64,000 nucleotides of DNA, taken from the NCBI GenBank assembly GCA_902787975.1, contig CADAIP010000006.1:11193-75192 (forward strand), given 5' to 3'. Made by a program: the position numbers and the translations under genes. This document shows, in pieces, positions 49,340 to 57,889 of this stretch. The notes beneath the pieces are model-generated. The model had not been told where the DNA came from and did not search any database. It saw only the letters and a list, made by a program, of their open reading frames with translations. Position 1 is the first letter of the stretch, and each line of letters begins with the position of its first letter. Source of the DNA: Oscillospiraceae bacterium (GTDB lineage Bacteria > Bacillota > Clostridia > Saccharofermentanales > Saccharofermentanaceae).

Positions 49340-49852
49340 ATGATCATTCTGATTACAGGCGCATCACATACAGGAAAAACATTTCTCGCAAAAAAGTTTG
49401 TAGAGAAATATCACTACTCATGCCTGTCGATCGACCATCTGAAGATGGGGCTAATAAGGAGCGGATATACAGATCTTACTCCTTTGGATGATGACAAACT
49501 CACTGATTATCTCTGGCCTGTAGTAAGGGAGATGATCAAGACAGCGATCGAGAATAACCAGGACATGATCGTTGAAGGATGCTATGTGCCGGCTACCTGG
49601 CAAAAAGACTTTGACGAACAGTACCTTTTTTCGATAAGATTAATATGTCTGGCATTTACAGAAGAATACATTGAGAAGAATTTTGACAACATAATATCCA
49701 ACGCATCCGTTATTGAGAAAAGACTGTGTGACGATTTAACAAAAGAAGTTCTTATAAGGGACAACAGGCAATTTCTTGAAGGTTTCGGTCAGCAGGTGAC
49801 TCTGATCGAAGACAGTTACGAACAGACAGTAGATTCGCTTTTGCAAGATTGA
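49340..49852 (+). CDS. P-loop kinase-like protein
   Basis: 'ITGASHTGKT', 'SIDHLKMGLIRSG', 'IVEG'. Confidence 0.75.
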   Translation: MIILITGASHTGKTFLAKKFVEKYHYSCLSIDHLKMGLIRSGYTDLTPLDDDKLTDYLWPVVREMIKTAIENNQDMIVEGCYVPATWQKDFDEQYLFSIRLICLAFTEEYIEKNFDNIISNASVIEKRLCDDLTKEVLIRDNRQFLEGFGQQVTLIEDSYEQTVDSLLQD

Positions 49853-49865
49853 CGGGGAAAAGATT

Positions 49866-50678
49866 ATGGAAAGAATAGACGAAGTATATGAGTTCTATAA
49901 TGGCGGTGCGGAGATAGGACGTCTTGAACGCGGACTTGGTGTTGTTGAATTCTGGAGAAGCAAAGAGATCATCAGCAGATACCTTAACGGTAAGCTGAAG
50001 ATATACGATGTCGGCGGCGGCATCGGAATGTATGCTGACTGGCTCGCATCTAAGGGCCATAAAGTAACCTTGATCGAACTCGCTCCCACGGCTGTTGAAT
50101 ACGCAAAGGAACACATGACGACACCTTATGAAGCTGAGGTCGGTGATGCGCGCAAACTCGATAAACCCGATAACAGCGCAGACATGGTTCTCCTCATGGG
50201 CCCTTTGTATCACCTGATGAATAAAGAAGACAGGCTGCTTGCATTGTCGGAAGCCCACCGTGTCCTTAAGCCGGGCGGCATTCTTATCGCGGCAGGCATC
50301 TCGAAGTTTAGCAGCGCAACTTGGGCACTGACGGTTTACGGTACTGCAAATGAGTTCCTCGATGATGACATCTACATGGACATGATAATCCGTGAGATGA
50401 AAAAAGGTGAGCACATAAGACCGAGGGAATATCCGTTCTTTATTTCGAATGCATATTTCCATACGATCGACAGATTGAGAAACGAAGTTTCCGAAGCTAA
50501 GTTTAAGATTATCGAGAGTGCGGCTGTTGAAGGATGCGCATGGATCACTCCTGATATCGTTGATAAGTGGAGTGACGACAGAAAGCGCGAACGGCTCCTT
50601 CGCATAATCAGGACAACTGAACATGAAGAAACTCTGATGGGCATAAGCCCTCACTTCTTAGTCACTGCATTAAAATAA
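49866..50678 (+). CDS. Class I SAM-dependent methyltransferase
   Basis: 'IYDVGGGIG', 'GDARKL', 'LLMGPLYHL', 'LKPGG'. Confidence 0.9.
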   Translation: MERIDEVYEFYNGGAEIGRLERGLGVVEFWRSKEIISRYLNGKLKIYDVGGGIGMYADWLASKGHKVTLIELAPTAVEYAKEHMTTPYEAEVGDARKLDKPDNSADMVLLMGPLYHLMNKEDRLLALSEAHRVLKPGGILIAAGISKFSSATWALTVYGTANEFLDDDIYMDMIIREMKKGEHIRPREYPFFISNAYFHTIDRLRNEVSEAKFKIIESAAVEGCAWITPDIVDKWSDDRKRERLLRIIRTTEHEETLMGISPHFLVTALK

Positions 50679-50732
50679 CAAAAGGTGTTTTGTATAATTA
50701 GGTAAGCATATTCTTCAAAAGAGGTTTTATCC

Positions 50733-51974
50733 ATGAAGATCACTACCGGAGATACAATGCACGTTTACGGTGCTATCGGCGCCGGGGTTGATTATGCCGT
50801 CCGTTTCAAGGTCAGACTTAAAGATAAGATCGATCCTGATGCATTGAAATCTTCTGTGTCTTCTGCGTCTTTAAGATTCCCGTATTTCATGGGACGTCTG
50901 GTCTCTACGGCCGAGTCTTTTGAATATGCAGATAACGATCTTCCTATTGCAGTCATAAACAGTGAAGCAAGAGTCATTCTTAATTCTGCCATGACCAATT
51001 ATCACGTGTGGGCGGTATCTTTTCTGGATGACTTCATTTATCTCGATTTCTTCCACGGAATAACTGACGGCACGGGCATGTACAGAGTGCTCGCTACGAT
51101 CCTTTATCATTACTGCAAAAACGTTTATGGAATAGATCTGATTCCTGAACTGGAAGCATCTGATATTGAAGCAGAGATGGCAGATCCGCAGGATACCATC
51201 GAAGAAGTCCCCGCACCGGAAACGTCTTACACTCCTGCATTTACTTTGGAGACAGACGGCGGACTTACGAAGTCGTCACCTGTCATTTGGGACGTTAAGA
51301 TCCCTGAAGACGCATTCATTAAATTCGTGCGCGAAAACGATTCCACTCCGGGTACGATGGTCGAACTCCTGATGGGCAAAGCTATCAATTCGCTTTATCC
51401 TGACAGGTCAAAACCCATCATCAGTTCATATGTCATAAACGCAAGACCGATGGTCGGCGCTGAAGCTACTAATCATAACTGCCTCGGCATGTCCATCTTC
51501 GATTATTCTCCGCTCGTAAACTCCATGCCTCTTTCTACTCAGGGCACGGTTTACCGCGGCAAGACGTTCGTGCAGAGCAGGGAAGAACAGGTCGCAGCAG
51601 GTCTTGCGGTCAATGCTTCAACTGTTAAAGGAATAATGAATTCGACTCCTTCCCTCAAAGCTCGTAAAGATATCTTCACGGCGATGTTTAACGGCGGTGA
51701 AGGTTTCATAAGTTATCTTGTAAGTTATCCCGGCAAATGGAAATATCCGACGATCGGACAATACATGAAAGAGTTCTGGACACACCCTCCGTGCACTTTC
51801 AGTCTTATGGTTATCTTAGGCGCTGCCGGAGGCAATATATCGCTCTCGATCCAGCAGAGATTTTCCGGATCTTCCGTTGTTAATGCGTTCCTATCACTTC
51901 TTGAAGAAAACGGCATCCCGTATGAAGTTATATCTTCCGGAGCAAGTGATGTCGCCGGATTTGAATCACCCTGA
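50733..51974 (+). CDS. Standalone CoA-dependent acyltransferase/condensation-fold protein
   Basis: 'FFHGITDG' (HxxxDG motif). Confidence 0.55.
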   Translation: MKITTGDTMHVYGAIGAGVDYAVRFKVRLKDKIDPDALKSSVSSASLRFPYFMGRLVSTAESFEYADNDLPIAVINSEARVILNSAMTNYHVWAVSFLDDFIYLDFFHGITDGTGMYRVLATILYHYCKNVYGIDLIPELEASDIEAEMADPQDTIEEVPAPETSYTPAFTLETDGGLTKSSPVIWDVKIPEDAFIKFVRENDSTPGTMVELLMGKAINSLYPDRSKPIISSYVINARPMVGAEATNHNCLGMSIFDYSPLVNSMPLSTQGTVYRGKTFVQSREEQVAAGLAVNASTVKGIMNSTPSLKARKDIFTAMFNGGEGFISYLVSYPGKWKYPTIGQYMKEFWTHPPCTFSLMVILGAAGGNISLSIQQRFSGSSVVNAFLSLLEENGIPYEVISSGASDVAGFESP

Positions 51975-52050
51975 TTTTTCGGATCCTTATGTTATAATCC
52001 TCTAATATCGGAAGCGAAGTTATTTCTATTTGAGGATAAAGGAATTTATT

Positions 52051-52545
52051 ATGAACATTAATGACATGACAGTTCCCTGTTGTGATGGTTTTATCAACAT
52101 CAGGGTAGGGGCGATCATCCTGAAAAACGGAAAATTCCTGATGGTGGGAAACACTGGCGTTGACTATCTTTATTCCGTAGGCGGAAGGATACATTTCGGT
52201 GAGACTGCCGAAGAAGCAGTTATCCGTGAAGTTTTCGAAGAGACCGGAATAAAGATGGAAGTAGACAGGCTCGGGTTTATCCACGAGAATTATTTCTACG
52301 GAGATACCCAAAGAAACATGGGCAAACTTGTTTACGAAGTGTCGTATTTCTTCTACATGAAAGTGCCTGAAGATTTTGAGCCCGTATCAAGTGACTTTAA
52401 TGAAGACGGATGCAAAGAACATCTCGTTTGGGCAAGCGTTGATGATGAGATCACAATGTATCCGGATTTCTACAGAAGCGAGTTATCCCACCCTTCTGAA
52501 GGGGTAAAATTTTTTGTGACTGATGAGAGAAAAAAGGGGAAATAA
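52051..52545 (+). CDS. NUDIX hydrolase
   Basis: 'GGRIHFGETAEEAVIREVFEETG'. Confidence 0.92.
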   Translation: MNINDMTVPCCDGFINIRVGAIILKNGKFLMVGNTGVDYLYSVGGRIHFGETAEEAVIREVFEETGIKMEVDRLGFIHENYFYGDTQRNMGKLVYEVSYFFYMKVPEDFEPVSSDFNEDGCKEHLVWASVDDEITMYPDFYRSELSHPSEGVKFFVTDERKKGK

Positions 52546-52547
52546 GA

Positions 52548-53333
52548 ATGGAAAAACTTGAGTTATTTGTTAAGCAGCTTACACCTGATATTTATCTAAT
52601 GGATGAAGGCCACATGGCTACGGGATATTTTGTTGTGGGCGAAGATAAGGTCTGCGTTATCGATACGATGAACGGTTTCAACGACCTCAAAAAAGTCGTA
52701 AGGGAAGTTACTGACAAGCCTATCGTTGTAGTAAATACACACGGTCATCCGGATCACATTTTCGGCAATGTATATTTTGATGAAGCGCTCCTCGACCCTA
52801 AGGATCTTGAGCTTGCGGAGTCATTCGTTGACGAACCTGAATTCAAGGAAGCATGTGATAAATACGGTTTTAAGATGCCTCCGTTTAAGTCGATCAATGA
52901 AGGTGATGTTATTGATCTCGGTGGTAAGACTTTGGAAGTCTTTGAGATTCCCGGACATACTCCGGGAAGCATCGTTCTGCTTCTCAGGGAAGACAGAATC
53001 CTGTTCACGGGTGATGCTATAAATCACCATCTCTGGATGCAGCTTGACGGTTGCTCAACGCTTAATGAATATGTGAAAGCGTTGGACAATATTATGTTCC
53101 TTGAAGATCGTGCTGACCGCATTCTTCACGGTCATGCACGCGACTTCGATGACATCTCTCTTATGAGATGCATGCGCAACGGAATCAAGGAAATATGCGA
53201 CGGCAAAACATCTGAAGACAAACCTTATGAATGGTGGGGCGGTGTCGGCAAACAGCATTCATTTAGTCTTTTGGAAGGTAAGACATACAGCCAGCCTGAC
53301 AGCGTTGTGTGCTATGTTCCTTCGAATATATAA
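52548..53333 (+). CDS. MBL-fold metallo-hydrolase
   Basis: 'THGHPDH', 'PGHT', 'TGDA', 'HGH'. Confidence 0.92.
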   Translation: MEKLELFVKQLTPDIYLMDEGHMATGYFVVGEDKVCVIDTMNGFNDLKKVVREVTDKPIVVVNTHGHPDHIFGNVYFDEALLDPKDLELAESFVDEPEFKEACDKYGFKMPPFKSINEGDVIDLGGKTLEVFEIPGHTPGSIVLLLREDRILFTGDAINHHLWMQLDGCSTLNEYVKALDNIMFLEDRADRILHGHARDFDDISLMRCMRNGIKEICDGKTSEDKPYEWWGGVGKQHSFSLLEGKTYSQPDSVVCYVPSNI

Positions 53334-53356
53334 TTTGAAATTGTGAGGTTACAAGA

Positions 53357-53902
53357 ATGATTTTATCTGACAGAACAATACTTAAGATGCTCGAAGAAAA
53401 AACACTTACTATCGAGCCTGTTACAAAAGAACAGATACAGCCTGCAAGTGTCGATATCAGATTAGGCCGCACTTTCAGTGTCGTTGACGATACACCTTCA
53501 AGCGTTATCACTCTCGAAAATGAGATCAAATATAAGACCATCACGACTGATACTTATCTCATCATGCCGGGTCAGTTTGTTCTTGCTACCACGATGGAAT
53601 ATTTCGAGCTTCCCGATAACCTCACCGCATTTGTGGAAGGCAGAAGTTCGCTCGGCAGAATGGGTCTTTTCATCCAGAATGCCGGATGGGTAGATCCCGG
53701 ATTTAAAGGTGAGATAACACTTGAACTTTATAACGCAAACAGATGCGCTATTGAACTTAAGGCGGGAAGAAGAGTAGGCCAGCTCGTTTTCGCTGAGATG
53801 GATGATCATGCTCTTAATCCTTATGACGGAAAGTACCAGGGCCAGAAGGGCGCTACGGGCTCTCGCGTCTTTAAAGATGCCGAAAACCCATTGACAAAAT
53901 AG
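53357..53902 (+). CDS. dcd: dCTP deaminase
   Basis: '[11 protein letters not shown]', '[10 protein letters not shown]', '[14 protein letters not shown]', 'YQGQ'. Confidence 0.95.
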   Translation: MILSDRTILKMLEEKTLTIEPVTKEQIQPASVDIRLGRTFSVVDDTPSSVITLENEIKYKTITTDTYLIMPGQFVLATTMEYFELPDNLTAFVEGRSSLGRMGLFIQNAGWVDPGFKGEITLELYNANRCAIELKAGRRVGQLVFAEMDDHALNPYDGKYQGQKGATGSRVFKDAENPLTK

Positions 53903-53919
53903 GGAAATGATGTTAACTT
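53884..53919 (+). promoter_or_regulatory. Rrf2-like sulfur box and sigmaA promoter embedded in the dcd 3' end
   Basis: AAACCCA-TTGACAAAA-TAGGGAA; TTGACA-N17-(TGn)TAACTT. Confidence 0.6.
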
Positions 53920-53949
53920 TATCGCAATCATATTGAAGGAGGAAAGACA

Positions 53950-54030
53950 ATGAAACGCATTACGGCCACTATGATCTGTATGTGCTGTACTGAAGTCGTC
54001 CTCCCGCATATGACCGGAGTGATCTGTTAA
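53950..54030 (+). CDS. Cys/Met-rich leader peptide 2 (26 aa)
   Basis: AAGGAGG RBS; MKRITATMICMCCTEVVLPHMTGVIC*. Confidence 0.78.
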   Translation: MKRITATMICMCCTEVVLPHMTGVIC

Positions 54031-54069
54031 ACGCATGATTAAGATCACAAACTGAATAAAGGTTACTGT

Positions 54070-54103
54070 ACGGGAGTTCTGATGAATTCCCGTTATTGTT
54101 TTT
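54070..54103 (+). terminator. Attenuator terminator of leader 2
   Basis: ACGGGAGTTC-tgat-GAATTCCCGT-TATTGTTTTT. Confidence 0.75.
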
Positions 54104-54134
54104 GAAAAATATAGAATTAAAGGAGAATAAAAAC

Positions 54135-54698
54135 ATGAGCAGTAAAGACAATCATAAGAACAATTTGAAGAAGATAGCATACGCAGGTGTGCTTGCCGCA
54201 TTGGTATTCGTAGGTACCGAACTTCACATTCCGACAGCAATCGGACACATCAATTTAGGTGACCTCGTAATACTTGTAAGTTCGTATATCTTAGGACCAT
54301 TCGCATTCGTTCCCGCAGCTATCGGATCGACGCTTGCAGATCTTCTTGCAGGTTATCCCCAGTACGCAGTAGCAACATTCCTGATCAAGGGTATCATGGG
54401 ACTCGTTGCAGGACTTTTGCTTAAGAGAAACAGGGAAGGCAAGACTTCATTTTTCAGAAAGCTCTCCGTCTCTTTAGTTGCAGAGCTCATCATGATCGCA
54501 GGTTACTTCGCATTTGAATCACTGCCGTTTATGTATGGTGTTGAAGCAGCATTGGGCTCTGTAATCCCTAATGGTATCCAGGCAAGTGCTGCAATCGTAG
54601 GAGCAGTTCCGCTTATGTATGTGAAGCTTTTCGACAAATACCAGCTCTCGCAGAATAGCGAAATTCATAAGAATAAAGAAAAAACAGCAGTATCTTAA
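54135..54698 (+). CDS. ECF transporter S component (intact)
   Basis: 'LAALVFVGTELHIPTAIGHINLGD', 'AIGSTLADLLAGYPQY', 'IKGIMG'; AGGAG RBS. Confidence 0.88.
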   Translation: MSSKDNHKNNLKKIAYAGVLAALVFVGTELHIPTAIGHINLGDLVILVSSYILGPFAFVPAAIGSTLADLLAGYPQYAVATFLIKGIMGLVAGLLLKRNREGKTSFFRKLSVSLVAELIMIAGYFAFESLPFMYGVEAALGSVIPNGIQASAAIVGAVPLMYVKLFDKYQLSQNSEIHKNKEKTAVS

Positions 54699-54756
54699 TA
54701 ACCCTGAAACCCCTAAAAACAAAGCGTTTTCGAAGACATCGAAAAATATTTTCAAT

Positions 54757-54792
54757 AAACCTATTGACACGGTAGGTTTGTAGTAGTAAAGT
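54757..54792 (+). promoter_or_regulatory. Rrf2-like sulfur box (perfect arms) over a sigmaA promoter
   Basis: AAACCTA-TTGACACGG-TAGGTTT; TTGACA-N17-TAAAGT. Confidence 0.82.
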
Positions 54793-54823
54793 ATCGCCAT
54801 CACAACGAAAGGAGGAGTGAGAA

Positions 54824-54946
54824 ATGTATAGAACAGATAACAGAACAACAGTCATGATGTGTTGTCGAATGTTCAGCTCCCGGGTGCGCAATATGGCACA
54901 GGGCGCAGGATACAATTCCTCACGCCTTGAGATAGATCGATGTTAA
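54824..54946 (+). CDS. Cys/Met-rich leader peptide 3 (40 aa)
   Basis: AAAGGAGG RBS; MYRTDNRTTVMMCCRMFSSRVRNMAQGAGYNSSRLEIDRC*. Confidence 0.8.
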   Translation: MYRTDNRTTVMMCCRMFSSRVRNMAQGAGYNSSRLEIDRC

Positions 54947-54975
54947 AGCAGTAACTTGCATTTGAAGATATGCCA

Positions 54976-55012
54976 TGCGCCCGGGAGATAAATCTGACCC
55001 GGGCATTTTTAT
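54976..55012 (+). terminator. Attenuator terminator of leader 3
   Basis: GCCCGGG-N12-CCCGGGC-ATTTTTAT. Confidence 0.78.
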
Positions 55013-55072
55013 GCCAAAACAAAATCAATCTTAAAGCGAAAGAAAAAACACAAACTAAGGAGAACACACAAA

Positions 55073-55939
55073 ATGAAGAACATATTTAAGAAGGCAATCG
55101 CCGCAGGACTTTTACTCGCAATCACAGGCTCATTTGCAGCTTGCTCACAGGCTAAAGCAACAACAGTTAACGCAGGAACAGTAGGAAGTGACACACAGGT
55201 AACAGAGAATGTCGTTCTCACGGTAGGCGCAAACATCACACCTCACGCAGAGATCTTGGAAGTTGCAAAGCCGATCCTCGCAGAGCAGGGAATCACACTC
55301 GAGATCGTAAGACTCGAAGATTCCGTTACACCTAACACAGGCGTTATCGAAGGCTCACTTGACGCAAACTATTTCCAGCACGTTCCTTACCTCGAACAGT
55401 TCAATAAAGAAAACGGTTCAGATCTTGTTTCAGTTGGCGCAGTCCACTATGAACCCTTCGGCATCTATGCAGGCAGAGTAAAAGATCTTAAGGACCTCCA
55501 GGATGGCGCAGTGATCGCAGTTCCCAACAACGTAACAAACGAAGCAAGAGCACTTCTCCTCCTCGCACAGGAAGGCATCATCAAGCTCAAGGACGATGCA
55601 GGAATCAATGCAACAGTAGAAGACATCGTAGAGAATCCTCTTAACATCCAGTTCAAGGAACTCGCACCTGAGCAGCTCGTTGCAGCACTTCCTGACGTAG
55701 ATGTAGCAGTCATTAACGGTAACTACGCAATCGAGGGCGGTCTGCACGTAAGCGAGGCACTCGCAGTAGAGGCTAACGACGGTCTTGCAGCACAGACATA
55801 CGGAAACATCATTGCAACATCACCTGATAAGGCAAACGATCCTGCAGTTAAGGCTCTTGTTGAAGTTCTTCAGGGACCTGAAGTTGCAAAGTTCATCGAA
55901 GATACATATGACGGTGCAGTAGTACCTCTCTTCGGTTAA
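55073..55939 (+). CDS. metQ: Methionine ABC transporter substrate-binding lipoprotein (MetQ/NlpA)
   Basis: Lipobox 'FAAC'; 'TPHAEILE', 'DANYFQHVPYL', 'HYEPFGIY', 'VPNNVTNEARALLLL'. Confidence 0.92.
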   Translation: MKNIFKKAIAAGLLLAITGSFAACSQAKATTVNAGTVGSDTQVTENVVLTVGANITPHAEILEVAKPILAEQGITLEIVRLEDSVTPNTGVIEGSLDANYFQHVPYLEQFNKENGSDLVSVGAVHYEPFGIYAGRVKDLKDLQDGAVIAVPNNVTNEARALLLLAQEGIIKLKDDAGINATVEDIVENPLNIQFKELAPEQLVAALPDVDVAVINGNYAIEGGLHVSEALAVEANDGLAAQTYGNIIATSPDKANDPAVKALVEVLQGPEVAKFIEDTYDGAVVPLFG

Positions 55940-55963
55940 TCAGATATACAGGAGATAAGCACG

Positions 55964-57124
55964 ATGATCGGATTTGAGTATTACAACCCCGCGAAAATAG
56001 TTTTCGGCGAGGACAGCGAAAAGAAATTGAAGTCTCTTTTATCGCAACATAAAGTCAGTTCACTCCTATTGGTATACAGCGGAGACTTCATCAAAACACT
56101 GGGCATTTACGACGTCATTACTGACGCAGTAAAGGAACTCGGGATCAAGTTCTCGGAGAGCGGTGAAGTAGTACCAAATCCGTCCATCGAGCTTGTCAGA
56201 AAACTTGTCGCAAAGGGCAAGGAAGATAAAGTTGACTTCGTTCTCGCAGTCGGCGGTGGCAGCTCCATCGACACTGCAAAGGCGATAGCTCTCGGTATAC
56301 CGTACGATGGCGATGTCTGGGATTTCTTCGACAAGGGTGTTACTCCCGAGCAGGTCCTTGGTATCGGAGTAATCGCAACAACGGCATCGAGCGGTTCCGA
56401 GACGTCCAACTGCGCGATCCTCTCATACGGTGAGTGGAAGAAGGGTTTTGAAGATGACCGCATCATCCCCAAGTTCGCGATCATGAACCCCAAGTACACA
56501 GTAAACCTTCCTTCATATCAGACTTTCGTCGGAATCGCAGATGTGTTGTCACACCTTCTCGAAAGATATTTCTCTGATGAGAAATATTCCGATACGACAG
56601 ACTACCTTATCGAAGGTGCCGTAAGAGCATTGCTCGTAAATGCAGACAGACTTATCGAAGACCCTACGAACATCAACGCAAGAGCAGAGATACAGTGGCT
56701 CGCATCAGTAGCACACAATAATTTCCTTGATGCCGGAAGATCGGCAGACTGGGGATCACACCGTATCGAGCACGAACTCTCTGCACAATACAACATCACA
56801 CACGGAGAAGGAATGGCGATCGTTTTCACGGCTTGGACTAAGTACATTGCTGACATCAAGCCCTGGAGACTTGCACTCCTCGCAAGCAGAGTCTACGGAA
56901 AAGATCCGTACGACTATTCAGAGAAAGAACGCGCGCTTCTTTTATCAGACGAACTCGAGAAGTTCTTTAAGAAACTTGGGATCAAGACTCATCTTTCCGA
57001 ACTCGGAATCGGTGACAAGGATTTCGAAGTAATGGCACAGCGTGCAACAAAGGGCGGCAACGTCGGACACTATGTTCCGCTCGATTCACAGAAGATAGTA
57101 GAGATCTTAAAGATCGCACTATAA
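55964..57124 (+). CDS. Iron-containing alcohol dehydrogenase (BdhA/YqhD-like)
   Basis: 'FEYYNPAKIVFG', 'GGGSSIDTAK', 'DVLSHLLERY', 'HRIEHELSA', 'HGEG'. Confidence 0.9.
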   Translation: MIGFEYYNPAKIVFGEDSEKKLKSLLSQHKVSSLLLVYSGDFIKTLGIYDVITDAVKELGIKFSESGEVVPNPSIELVRKLVAKGKEDKVDFVLAVGGGSSIDTAKAIALGIPYDGDVWDFFDKGVTPEQVLGIGVIATTASSGSETSNCAILSYGEWKKGFEDDRIIPKFAIMNPKYTVNLPSYQTFVGIADVLSHLLERYFSDEKYSDTTDYLIEGAVRALLVNADRLIEDPTNINARAEIQWLASVAHNNFLDAGRSADWGSHRIEHELSAQYNITHGEGMAIVFTAWTKYIADIKPWRLALLASRVYGKDPYDYSEKERALLLSDELEKFFKKLGIKTHLSELGIGDKDFEVMAQRATKGGNVGHYVPLDSQKIVEILKIAL

Positions 57125-57164
57125 AAAACACCGAGAGAAAAAACGCAAAAAGGAGAAACACAAA

Positions 57165-57719
57165 ATGGCCAGAATCAAATTGGTAGAACAGAACGAAGCA
57201 ACAGGTGCAGAGAAGGAACGCTATGATGAGCTCGCAGGAAGAAATGCAGTTACCAACATGAAGAAGGGACTTCTTAACGATGCAGCAACATATGATGCAT
57301 ACATGGCTTGGTACACTTCATGGAAGAGACTCGTTGAAGTAATTGGCGAAAAGGATGCGATCCTCTACGCTCACAAGATCTCTACAACAAACTCATGCCA
57401 GCTCTGCTCACTCTTCTTCATCAGTGACGTTAAGGGCTTGGGTCTCGATCCGGCTAACCTCGTTTACGATGAGAAGGAGACAGTCCTTGCTGAACTCGCT
57501 GAGCAGTATGTAAAGAACCCGACAGCAGTATCTGATGAACTTTTCGACAAGCTCAGAAAGTTCTTCAACGATCAGGAGCTCGTTGTCATCGTCGGCTTCG
57601 CAGGTCAGATGATCGCAACAAACAACTTCAACGCAGTATTCAAGATCGACGTTGATAAGCGCCTCCTCCCGTTGCTCGATGAGTTCAAGCCCGCAACATG
57701 GAGAGAGAACATCAAGTAA
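57165..57719 (+). CDS. AhpD/carboxymuconolactone decarboxylase-like protein
   Basis: 'ISTTNSCQLC' CxxC; 'DELFDKLRKFFNDQELVVIV'. Confidence 0.7.
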   Translation: MARIKLVEQNEATGAEKERYDELAGRNAVTNMKKGLLNDAATYDAYMAWYTSWKRLVEVIGEKDAILYAHKISTTNSCQLCSLFFISDVKGLGLDPANLVYDEKETVLAELAEQYVKNPTAVSDELFDKLRKFFNDQELVVIVGFAGQMIATNNFNAVFKIDVDKRLLPLLDEFKPATWRENIK

Positions 57720-57889
57720 TAAATTACGACAATTCATTATCGGAAAATCTGACAAAAACTTAAATTGTTTTTAGAAGATTCAGAGAACTAAATATTTAGG
57801 CGGAATGGCTTATTTTGAGCGATTCTGCCTTATATTTTTGTTTTCGAGCCGTTATAATATCCTTGCTTGGTTTTTTCGTGGGGGTATGT

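Noticed and set aside
54877-55004. Leader-3 pairing as an artefact of the self-complementary CCCGGG
   Set aside because: Considered, but the pairing extends beyond the hexamer (CTCCCGGG/CCCGGGAG plus CGCA/TGCG), and a similarly positioned pairing recurs at two other loci with different sequences
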